A stretch of 64,000 bases of DNA, taken from contig NC_045707.1 of the NCBI RefSeq assembly GCF_009834535.1, positions 58,716,001 to 58,780,000 of the forward strand, written 5' to 3'. Position numbers and translations under genes: made by a program. The notes under the pieces are model-generated. The model was not told where the DNA came from. It was given only the letters and a program-made list of their open reading frames with translations, and ran no database searches. How positions within the stretch are numbered: the stretch's first letter is position 1; each line of letters opens with the position of its first letter. Shown piece by piece: positions 52,654 through 64,000 of the stretch. Source of the DNA: Camelus ferus. Lineage: Eukaryota.

Positions 52654-52883
52654 TGAGGATTTTTGCATCTACATTATGCATCTAGGACAGATAGTGGTCT
52701 GCGATTTTCTTTTCTTGTGATGTCTTTCTAGCTTTGGTACTAGGGTTATCTGGGCTCATTGAAGGAGTCAGGAAGTATTCTCTCTGCTTCTGTCTTCTGG
52801 AAGAGAGTTAAGAGAATTGGTATAATTTCTTCCTTAAATGTTTGGTGAAATTCACTAAAGAACCACGTGGGCCTGGTTTTTCC
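52654..52883 (-). mobile_element. L1 ORF2 internal fragment (just upstream of/at start of RT)
   Basis: Antisense of the conserved [47 protein letters not shown] block. Confidence 0.85.
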
Positions 52884-55800
52884 TGGCTTTTTAGGATCCA
52901 TTTTATACGTCCCTAATCAATATCAAACAGTAAGTAGGTGTACAGAGTACTTTAGGTTCTGAAAGTTTTATATCTCATTAAAGAGAGGAAGCAGGGGCAG
53001 GTGATGTATCGTCTACAGGTTCTGATAAGGCCCTTGTGTACTTGTCTGGGATAAGGATATAGCCAAATGATACAACAAGAGGTAAGTAAAACAAGGAGCC
53101 CATATTCCTTGATCCAGCCTGAAAATTTGTGTTTTCTGTTTTTTTTCAAATTTGTCTGTTTTTATTTTTTAGTATCTTAGAGTCCAATGTTCTATGCATA
53201 TAGCTATGATGTCCTTTAACCAACATGTGACCTCATGATTCCACCAGCCTCAGAGCCCTCCTTCCATGTGACAGATACATCTTTTTGTCTAGGGGGAAAA
53301 AGTGTACTATTTAGAATAAACATATACTTTATGAATGCCTATTTCTCTTGAAGATGGCACAGACTCATTAAAAGAAACATCTCTGGTCAAAGGAAGCAAA
53401 GAATGTCATTCTGAGTATCTTAGGGCTGTAGACTTAGTGCTTTTGAAAAATATAAATAAACATATTCACAAAAGCCAAGAAAAGAAAGAAAGAAAGAAAG
53501 ATTTCAGGAAGTCTGCCTCCACACTTGCACTGAACATAATAACATAATGCCTTCCCAGTGTTCACTGAAGAACACTTCCTGGTGCATGAACCGACTCTAA
53601 AGACAGAAAGAAAAATGTGTTAACACAATATTTTGAACAATGGCAGCATTTCTGAAATCCAAGGGGACCACAGTGAAGGGCAAAATTCATCTGAATATAA
53701 ATTTCACTGCACGAGCTTTTTGAAAAAAAGTTTTGTTATTTCATAGTCATGCTTTATGAAATTTTAGCATTTATTCCATTCTGCATTGTGGCTTTTTGAA
53801 AAAAAGAAATAGCAGAAACATTGAGGCAGTTCTCCGCCTATACTCAGAGGTGGACAATGCTGAAGGTATTTTTGGAAAAAAGAAAGATATGTATCTAATC
53901 CTTCATGTGTGTATGGAAAATCACTCATCGCAGCCCAGAATCCTATTACAGCGAGACTTAGACACAAATATATATTCAATTTCATGAAGTAAGTTTCAGC
54001 ATCCATACCAAACATATGGATGCTTTATATTCCACAGGCTAAAAAATGTAATTTTAGGACGTGAATGGAAAGTCTTTCTTAACGTGGAAGAATAATTCTT
54101 CCCATTTTAGAAGAAATCCAAAGTTCATTATATACAAAAAAGAATTATTAGTATTACAAACCTACTAATTTTTACTCTGTAGATAGAATTATTAATTAAT
54201 AAATATATTTAAATTTTACTTTCTGAACAATAAATAATACACAAAGGCAATTTTTCATCATTAGTGTGTTGGCTGCAACTTTGCAAAAGTTGTAACTGTA
54301 AGAAACTATTTCATTTTTTTTAAAAAAGAAGAAAAACTATAAACTTAAAAAAAACGGAGAAAATGCAGTAGGTTTGTACTGTCACATGTTCTAAAGTATC
54401 AGAGATCTACAAACTAAATGGTGTATTAGAGATACACAAAAAGAAAGTGGAAAAAATGTTTGATGCAATATAAATTCAACTTTATGATAAACACAAAGAT
54501 TATTTTTTATAAGGTCACATATAGGCATATAAATCATCTTCCCTCTTCACCAGAGACATTTGTTTCAGCACAAAAACATAAGCTGTTCAATTTTTGGTTT
54601 GAATGCTCTTGTCTACACAGAAGAAACTAGTGAGAAAATATCCTGTCTGTTTACAACATAATGGAATCAGAGATTAGATAAGCACTGGACATTTGTCCAC
54701 ATGAAAAGCAGGCAAATTTGCATACAATTTTTAAAGTTTTATGTAATTTTTCCTCCCTTTGTGTTCTTTTAAATTTTCTCCCTCCTCCAATGTGCTTTTA
54801 TAAAGAAAAGAACAAGGATGTGGTAAATAAAAATAGATTAATGTAAATTATCCTAACCACAGAGAATTCTGATTAGATGAATACTTTTGGAAATTATTTC
54901 CTTTGCTGATTTCAGTAGCTTCTGTAAAGAGAACATTTGGCATCCAAAATAAACTTGAAGCATGATGACCATAAATCAGTTTTAAAGTCTTATTCAAGGG
55001 ACTGAATTATAAAACTAAATTATAAAACAGTTTCCTTACATTTATACTCAGAAGTAAAACAGCAGTAGCTAAAACTCCAATATTTTTAGAATTAAAAGTC
55101 CTAAAATAACAAAGAATTTGCTATCTGTCTTTGACCTGGAATGCGCCCATTTTATGGAGGGGTTTTGAGGGATGGTGAGCAGGACCACTCTAGCTATCCC
55201 TGTAGGAGCTCTTTCTTGAATACCATCACAGGGTGATCACTTCTCTAGTTAACATCAAAACAACCACTAAACCCAAACCATTAAACTGGTTATTCTCTGT
55301 ACTCTGTTGCCGTGTTGACAGCCACCATTTTGGAAACAGATTTTTTTTTTCCCTGAAAGATATATATTTTTGGGGGGTGGGGTGGGAATTCTCCCATTGC
55401 TCATTCAGTGTAATAACAAAGTCATAAAGTAACTTACCACCTAGAAAATTGTGATGTTGGGCTCATACTTCAGAAAACCTTCAGATTTACTACCGTAAAC
55501 CTTCCAAGTATAGTTTCAAAACCTATCTATCGATACATGAGAATTGGAAAGTAGTATAAAAATGTATTTCTCTATTATAAGGCAGAATTATATAAAATTT
55601 TCCACAAAAGATAAATATCTGTCTCTTAACTAAGTTCAAGAACAGATTTCAACACTCTGTTCTATAGAACATCACATGATCTCATCTGCCATTCTTTTCT
55701 ACAATTTAAACACATTTCTCCCTTTTTGGCCCTCAGTGTCCAACACTTCTTGTAATGGCCTATATTTACTTTAAATCCACATTTGATGCTCTTTTTTTTT

Positions 55801-57139
55801 TTACCTCATTTTAACATCTTGAAATTTCTTTATTCTATTCTGATAGGTGATGTATCAAATCTTAAGTAATTTGGTTTTGCTTCTCTTTCTAAATTGCTTT
55901 TAAATTATGTTTCGATTATGGATCTAAATTAGAACTAAGGTCTCTAATAAAGTGATCATACCCAACATAATTCTTATGTTTGTACTTGAATATCTTAAAA
56001 TAATGCTGGTGTTAAACAGTAGCATATTGCTAACTCCTCAGCTGTTCTGAACCAAAACTCCACCTAACTTACATATTTGATAGCAAATTTTAATTCACCT
56101 TTAGTGTTTCTTTCATAAATGTGTTTTGATACTTTTCTATTAAATCATCCTTTATGTTTCCTAAGCTGTGATCATCTTAATAAATATACACGTTAGCTTC
56201 AAGAATTAAATAGAGTAAGGGTGATAGAATGGTTGTATGCCATTGTATTGCTAGCATGTTCTGAGTTTTAATTATTCTGTCCAGGGCACAAGAGAACATC
56301 ACAGATATATGAAAGGTTATAATTGATTCGTGAATGTTTGAGCTAATTTAAGGGGTAGGTAAGTTATTAATGCAGATTTCTTTGTCTTAGTAGTTTCTGT
56401 CTCTATGAGTTCTTAAGGCTTTGTCCTGGGTGAAAATGCACTCTTGTTAAACCACTTACAGTCATTAAGTCTGTTTCCCTGCTAGAATTTTCTATTGCCT
56501 TTCCTTCTTGACAGAATCACTTTTCTACATGAAGCAATTGTTAATGATCAGAAGCTGCCTGGCAAGAACTTACTCCAATTAACCCAGCAATCTTTTCTGT
56601 ATCTCTAGCTCAACTATCCTATATTTGTTAAGTGTATTTGGCACAAAGATGGCTTACAGGTTTAGCCACTAAATTATTTATGTATTTTTCACACTATTAC
56701 AGAATAATTGAGCAAAATAAGTATTTATATGTCACACATTTAAATGTCTGGAGGTGTATTTTGAAATGTAATAGTCTACATTTAATGATGGTTCAAGAAA
56801 TATAATGATGATTTTAGGAGAACATAACGATTTTACACTTGAAGTTCCTATTAAGAAGAATGGCAATGTTATCGATTAGATAACTAAAGAAGTGAACAAT
56901 CAGGACAGTGCATTTTCTATATATTAGGTCACAACTACATATAAAAGGGCACCTCTCTGATGCTATTAAAATCTCAGCCTTTTGACATATAAAGATACAT
57001 CAGCAATGACTTTGGTCTGCAACATTACTCCAATGATGATAGTCTTTTTAGTTCAGTGAATTCTAGAATAACCAAGTTTTCAAGGTGGAAAACCAGGGTT
57101 TTACCAAATTTTGTTACTCAAAATTATTTATGAATGGTG

Positions 57140-57620
57140 AACTTCAGTCATTTTCTGAAAAAAATGCATTGATTTTGCTCTCATTATTGAAAAACTAGTT
57201 TATATAAATATGGAATTTTTGTATTTGCTAGTTATTTTCCTTCAACACTCGAAATTATTTTTTCCATTGTCATCTTGTCTATTGCAGTTGATGAGATATC
57301 TATTACTTTTTTCCTTGCTTCTTTATAAGTTGATAGTTCTAATTGATTTTTAAGATCTTTGCACTATCCTTTGAGTTCTGTAGCTTTGTTACATTGTCTA
57401 TGTTTGAATTTGTTTTATTTATCTGGTTTATGGCTACGAATAATTAACTATATGTTATTTATTTTTAATTGATAATTAGTTTAAAGAAAATTGTTAAGAA
57501 TTAATGTCCAATTTCTAAAACTTTTTCAGGTTATTGGTTTCTCTCTTCTTAAAAAATGTATATATTCTTAGAAATTGCTATATACTCTTTTCTTATCATC
57601 TATTTCCTGAATTCTATCCA
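57140..57620 (-). mobile_element. Very old L1/HAL1-like fragment
   Basis: T-rich ttccattgtcatct..attgcagttgatgag..tttttaagatcttt..ctttgagttctgtagcttt..tttgttttatttatc motif chain. Confidence 0.5.
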
Positions 57621-60600
57621 GTATCTTTAATTAGATAATTTCCCTTCTGATGACCACAATGAATTCTCAGAAGTCTGTTTTTACTGACTAGATACATCCA
57701 ATCCTTATTGAATTTAAAAGTGGTTAGTCCAGCTTCAGCCATAGTGAAGTTACTTTGCCAGACACACAGAACAACAGAGCAAAAGATTTATTCTAATGTG
57801 TCCCAGAATAGGACACTTAATCACTGGAAAATGTAATTAAGAATAACCTCGGGATCAGAAATGATGCCTTTTATAGCCTGGGTTGTGAGGTATTTGATTC
57901 CATAATGGCCACAGTGTAGCCCCTTGGCATTACGTAGGCCTAGTTACATGGATTGGACAACTCAGGCAATGTAGCTTTAGCTACCATGCAAATTTACATA
58001 TTTGCTTGTCTTTTCCATTGAAGCAGGGATAAAAGAGCTAAAATAAGTGGATCAGACTAATTTCAGTGCATGACTGACAACCACGAAAATCAGTGAGATT
58101 AAAAAGAGTAGGTTCATTGACTGAAAAAAACCTGGAGGAAAAAAATGTTGAGAAGAATATGATTAGAGTTATTGGATGACCAGTATTTAAGCAGGTCTGA
58201 ATATTTATGTATTTGTTTCATGCTGACTGCCTGCCTTTCCACTAATGTGAAGTCTCCATGAGAACTGGGACGTGCACACAGGGCTTGGAAGACTGACTGG
58301 CACAGGAGGTGCTTAGCTTAGCAAAACCACTGTTGTTTACATAAATATGTGAACCCAGGCTCCATGATGGACAAGGTTTGTTGGGCCAAAAGAAAGTAGA
58401 GAACACAGATACACTGATTTAAAACCTAAATGTAGGAAACATCAAGCAAGTTTATACGTGAAAATAACTGGTGATACAGGGTTGGTGAAGAAGTTTGGAA
58501 GTTTCACATCAAAGAGGTGGGGGAACAAAAGCATTTGGGAAATTGACACGTGGTTAAGTGACGATACCCTTGTTGTCTTATTAAGCCTGGGTTTTCAGAG
58601 TAGTTTTTGAAAGCCGTGAAATAGAGATTGAGATATCTCGACACAGGCATTGACCATCCCTGTCCTAAGACTCTCATTTGAACGTTGCCAGTACTCCATC
58701 TCATCCTTTACTAGATTGGAAAAGAGAGGTGCTTAGTATTTTAAAACATCTTTTGAAAACTTTCTTTAGTGGAAAGTAAACCTTTTCCCCCAGTGGAATT
58801 TCTAGAGTGAAGAGGGATTTCAGGAACTGACATGATGACTTCTGTTGTCCCTCAACCTCAATAGTAATAAGAGATTCTGGAAATTTTTAGACATTTTATT
58901 TTACTAAAAATTAGAACTGATAAAGAATTATGGGCCCCCTTTTCCAGAAGGGCTATCTAACTTCTTCTTATACTGCAGATTAGACCAGGAGTCAGGCTTG
59001 ATCAAATCAAGAGATGCTAAATACTATGGGTCTTTATTTTGAAATTATCAATTTTTCCTTGGAGGGAGAATTTTTGTCATGAGGATCTATTTGTTTGCTT
59101 TTCCACCTCTACCATTGATCTTTAGGTTAAATAAAAGTAATGGTGACTTTACTTAGAGCTGCTGAGGCTTCCTTGATAACCAAAGAGTAGAGGAGAAATA
59201 AGACAGATATACCCTGTCTGGGGCCTCATTCCCTGGGTTATTCCCACCCCTTGTCCTCCATCACAGGCATAGATGCTTCCTGTTTTCTCAAACCACCAAA
59301 ATAATGAATAGAAAAGAAAGAAAAACAGTAAAATAGAAAATACTAAGTAGAGCAAATTCAATTCAAGTAGAGCAAAATATTCTTTGTGGTCTAATGCCTG
59401 GGCTAAAAGTAGCAAATTTAGCCACGTGCCTAGAACACAGTAGGTAGTCAAGAAATAGTTGGCAACTTAAAGAAACACCAGTATGGATAAACGCAGCCAA
59501 CTGGTAACTTTGGTCCACCTCAACACTTGATGCTGAACTTTTTGAAAGACACAGAGGATAGAATTCCTTAGAAAGTGGGGTCCAGTAAAGCCTCGGGTGG
59601 TGGGTTGAGTAATTTACAGACAAAGCTGTTGGTGGAAGACTATGAGAGATCACCAGTTCTCTCTTGACATCATTCACTGATGTTCACTGAATCAGCCTTC
59701 ATGCTCATTGTCTCTGCTTAAACAAGTCTCTTCATCTGCTTTCTAAATGAATGTAGACTTACAACAGGTATCTGTTCATTTTAAAATAACTGAATGCACC
59801 TGTTCCCTGAGTGATGCCCGTTAATGAGCATCCTGTCTAATAGCTAGTTTAATCCTGCTTGGCTTCCCATATTTGAGACCACTTTGCCCCTCCAGCATCT
59901 CCTTTTCCTCTGCTGAAGAGAGTAACACTTATGTTATAGCTACTTTCTCTGTGTTATAGAAAAACCTCCTACTCTCTCTCAATTTCTCATTTACTTATCA
60001 AGCTTGTTTTTCTTTAGTGTTGATATTCAAAGTAAACAAGAATTTTTAAAAAATATTTTCTTTAATTGGTTTACTTTTGAGAATCACACAGTATTGTTTT
60101 CTACTATTTTCCATTTCAAAGTTCTCTTTTTTTTTTAACAAATCATATGATTTGACTATAATTTGTGGATTAAAAAAAAAATTGAATCCAAGCATCTAAC
60201 AGCATTTAGAGCATCGTTTCTGTGTGAAACTCTTTTGAGTTCTAAATATTTAACTTATAAATTAAACTTTTGAAATACAACCCAACTGAAATTAGTGCCT
60301 GCCTTTGTGTTGTAAATGTGATCTTTAAAACTAGAGGAAAACCAAGAATAATGGTTATTTCTAAAAAGATTCATATGTATTTGGAAAGCAACTTAAATTA
60401 TTCCAACTATTTCAGGACACATTTATTTTATAAAGTAAGTGCATTTTCCCCTTTTAGGTCCCTGTCTCAGTCGATTCTACCGTGTAGGAAGCAAGAATTA
60501 ATTTTATGGGTGAAACGTTCTCTGCAGTTTTCCTACTAAACCTAATGTTGCTTTTTGCTCTCATCCAGTGTTAGAGATAATCACAACATTCTGGCTTTTC

Positions 60601-61297
60601 ATGGTTCAGAAGACAGTCCTTTGTCCCTTCTAACTTAAATGTATACTTAAGAGTTTGGCATATTAAATTGACACATTGTGTCTAACTTTTTTTGCACTAA
60701 AAATAAAGCTAGGAGGAAATTTCCTCATTAAAATCAGATAACAGAAAATATTCAGTTACAGATAAATGGGGTACCCTTAGCCAAAAGGTTTAACATAGTT
60801 GTACCAAAAAGTTATCTTTTTCAAGTCTGACACCCATAGGAGTTGTCTCAGTGGAAACCGAAACAAAAGTACAGACTGGAATTCTTAAAGAAGTGTTGCT
60901 TACTAGACATATCTAATATTGAAAGAATGACTTGTTTAGAAAGCTCTGTGACACTGAAGATTCAAAGGTGGAAGTGATAATTGTACGAATTATGAATTTA
61001 ATACTTTTTACTATTACAGAGATCATTTATTATTTGGCAACTTTGGGAAACTTTTAAATTAATAGGCATTCATATCCTTGACATCTTTAATATTTAATTT
61101 TTAATTTCAAAATATTTAAGACACAGATGAAAGAGAAAACAAATAGTCTAAAATCCTTTCTATGGTCCTAGGAAATAAAAATAGGAAAAAAAAAAAGCAA
61201 AATCCTAATTTATTTTCTATGCTTTTAGATCAATTATATGTCTATAGTTTTCCAATGTTTCCCTCTCAGCTATTTCCTTGCTCTCATTTGGTAGAGG

Positions 61298-61572
61298 AGA
61301 GATTTTTCAACTTTGAAGTGCACTGGGATGATCTGATGTACGTATTTAAAAGGGGAGTGGTGGTGGTGGTGATTAGGTTCATCTGTTAAGTTATTACTCT
61401 GGGTGGAGGTACCAGGAATTGAACCTGGGATTTCATGCATGCTAGGCATGCATTCTACCACTGAACTATACCCTCCCCCTGATGTACATAATTAAAATGC
61501 TGGAGCTAGTGCTCCCTCCCAAAGATTCTGATGAAGTAAGTCTGGGGGAAGCCAGGAATAGATAGTTTCTTA
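61298..61572. mobile_element. MER5-type MITE interrupted by the SINE
   Basis: ttttcaactttgaagtgcactgggatgatctg before the SINE continues as ttaaaatgc..ccctcccaaagattctgatgaagtaagtctgggg after it. Confidence 0.6.
61352..61478 (-). mobile_element. Vic-1-type tRNA-derived SINE (camelid)
   Basis: Antisense head ggggagggtatagttcagtggtagaatgcatgcctagcatgcatgaaatcccaggttcaattcctggtacctcc with A and B boxes; flanking direct repeats ctgatgtacgtatttaaaa (61333-61351) / ctgatgtacataattaaaa (61479-61497). Confidence 0.9.
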
Positions 61573-63849
61573 GGTTGGCTTCAGGCTACATTTTGAGATG
61601 TATCTCAAAATGACTACAGAGTAGAAGACGAAACTGTTGCTAAGAGACGTTGAAGTAGAAGAGGACAAAATGGAAATATTTTAAGAACTGTAGGCCAAGA
61701 GCCACACTGTCAGCATATCAGCAGTGCCCTTCACTATAAAATGGTTGACATAACCATTAGATTATTAGCAGTGACAATTATTTCCTAGGAAACTCAAGTA
61801 CGTTTGATTCCAGGTACATGTACTTTCAGAACCACTTCATTGGCTTTCATGATTTATGTAAAGAAATTATAAAAAAAAAAAATAGGAAAAGAACATGGTT
61901 TAGCAGTACAACTGCAGTGCTACACTGTGATATCATATTGCATGAGAGATAGAAGCAACTTCTAGAATTGAAATGGTTCATTCCCTATAGGTAAAGGTCT
62001 TGAGATAGAACACAAACCTATTGGACAGATTTGTTTAATAAGTGGATGAATTTATAAGAGTGTATAGTCGGTTTATTTCTGTATGATTTTAGTATTGGAG
62101 ACCTATTGTGGTCAACTTCTCAGGGATAAAGATGCAAACAGCAGAATGAAGTTCATAACAAAGACTCATTCTGTAACATTATTTCTCCTATATACAGTGA
62201 GAATCATGTAAACGGCACTTTTTCAGAAATCCAATACTTCAGTAACATGGGACTCCCAGTAACGATTAGTGAGATAATTTAATCACCTCCAATTTACTGC
62301 AGAGAATTGTGTTTATGCCTAGAGAAAGGGTGTTAGGAATAACTGGGACCGGAGATGCAATTTGATTGGTTAATGAAGAGTCTAAGAATGATAATTGAAT
62401 TGGATGGAATTCATTAGTTAGGACATTCAAGCAGATACTCGACAACCCCAATTATGTCCTGTAACATATGTAATCGTCACAATGTGATATATGTACTTCA
62501 TTGTTGAATTAGGCATGTATGAAAGAGTGAGGCGCAGTCCGGCGCAAAGAGACATCGGCCCGAGACAGATTCCACCTCCGCGCCCAGCCCTCACCCAGTA
62601 CCCTTGCTAACAGCATCTGTATAGCAGGGCACAAAAGCACAGAGGCAGATGCCACGGCATATTCTTTTAGAATGCAAGGCTGCTCAAGATCATCTATGGA
62701 TAACGAACCATGACAACTTTGGATTTGATGAAGTACAAAACTCGAGTGGGAGAAAGCAAAACTGTGATGGAAGTGGCCAGTACCCCGCCAACTAAATTAG
62801 CACATCAAGAGCATTAATACAAGTAATAATTTCAAAAGATATGACAGATCCTAATACTTCCTTTACTATCATAAAAACCCTAGTTTTGAAGTCAGAGATA
62901 CAGTCCTGGAATCTTCCGCACAAATGCATTCCCCCCCGCAACCCCTCACCCACGCCGCATCACAAGATATGTAAGGGGACGAGGGGATGATCATCAACAA
63001 AACATGTCAACGTTTGTTTTTTTCCCAAATACCTTGATTAGAGAGTCGCAGTCCAATTTCCAGGAACGAAGCAATGGGCAAGTGAATGGTCTTCCCAAAT
63101 TCAGGCGACTGTCAAGCTCTTACTAGTTCTTGTTTTCCTGTTTTTCCTTGAGAGAGAATAGAAAAAAAAAATGCATAAAAAGAGCTGGCCTGCAACTCTA
63201 CTCTCGCCTTTGCTACTAACTGGGTATACAGACACTTGGTTCTGCGGTCCATTCATTATCCACATCCTGCTCTACTTCATCAATTCCTGGTTGCACTAGG
63301 TGCTCCAGGGTAAGAAGCAATAGGTATGAAACATGAGAACATAAAGAAAAATCTAGAAGAATAAATGTTTTAAGAAAGCAACTTTTTCGTATTTCTTCCG
63401 ACATACCCTGTTCTGTGGCGTTGCTCTCTAGAGGAGTAGCATGTGCCGCCACGGAAGGGCCCCAGTGGAATTCCCACCCGCAGGGAATCATCTCTAAGCA
63501 GTTCACACTTTGTTTTGCTAACAAGATGCCTCGTTAGGATACTGGAGTGCTAGCCTTCACTGACAATGTTACCCCCGCCTTTTAGAATTATTGAAAAGCC
63601 AACTGAGTCTATTTTGACTTGTGCATCTCTTTGTAAGCAACAGCAGCTGCAGCAGTGCTAATAGAAAGGAAAGGCACTGCTGTTTACCTACGAAGGACAT
63701 TGAAATACTCCATGTAGGAAAGCATCCGAGTTGTGGAGGAGCATTATCAAATATTTTAATAGCTCCCTTCCTTGCTTGCTTCTTTTGTCTTTTGCTCTTC
63801 CCTACTTTCTTTTCTACCTTTTTTTTTTCTGTCCTTCCTTTTAATCTTT

Positions 63850-64000
63850 CTGTTTATTTTATTTTTAAAATTTTATTTTTTATTGAATTGTAGTTGATTT
63901 ATAATGTTAGTTTCAGGTGTACAGCAAAGTGATTCAAATAGACATATACATACATGTACATAGATATGTATTTTCTTTCAGATTATTTTCCCTTACAGCT
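63850..64000 (-). mobile_element. Young L1 3' end running off the window edge
   Basis: T-rich tail then attgaattgtagttgatttataatgttagtttcaggtgtacagcaaagtgattca; same family as 37107-37342. Confidence 0.85.

Noticed and set aside
55432..55460. Possible 3-nt microexon TTTTCTAG|GTG|GTAAGT on the minus strand
   Set aside because: Short pyrimidine tract and none of the upstream features typical of microexons
57986..57999. Overlapping octamer-like words ATGCAAAT/ATTTACAT and other scattered octamers
   Set aside because: A few such AT-rich 8-mers are expected by chance in 64 kb of this composition
61400..61478. tRNA-like sequence with A and B boxes
   Set aside because: It is the head of the Vic-1-type SINE with flanking duplications, not a tRNA gene

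Overview
AT-rich, CpG-depleted mammalian non-coding DNA, most likely intronic or intergenic. It is not prokaryotic, so operons, CRISPR arrays and defence systems do not apply. A tRNA-derived SINE with the Vic-1 head (61352-61478) plus artiodactyl-type L1 3' ends point to a camelid. Much of the window is decayed interspersed repeat: MIR, L2, L3/CR1, old and young L1, hAT-Charlie, Tigger (MER2B), mariner (MADE2) and MaLR/ERVL LTRs. Family names come from my recall of consensus sequences, not from a database search. I cannot support any protein-coding gene with confidence, and the supplied ORFs look like chance or repeat-derived frames. The best non-repeat signals are: (i) a minus-strand promoter-like motif set followed by a short ATG-containing first-exon candidate with a consensus donor (~39700-39900) and an AG|GT junction ~200 nt downstream; (ii) two minus-strand short exon candidates (10689-10735, 1856-1910); (iii) a plus-strand pair of exon candidates that splice into an open 65-codon frame (44114-45870); (iv) several perfect short palindromes; (v) a CpG-retaining patch near 62.5-63.5 kb. 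All of these are hypotheses needing RNA or conservation data. I found no convincing novel biological system.
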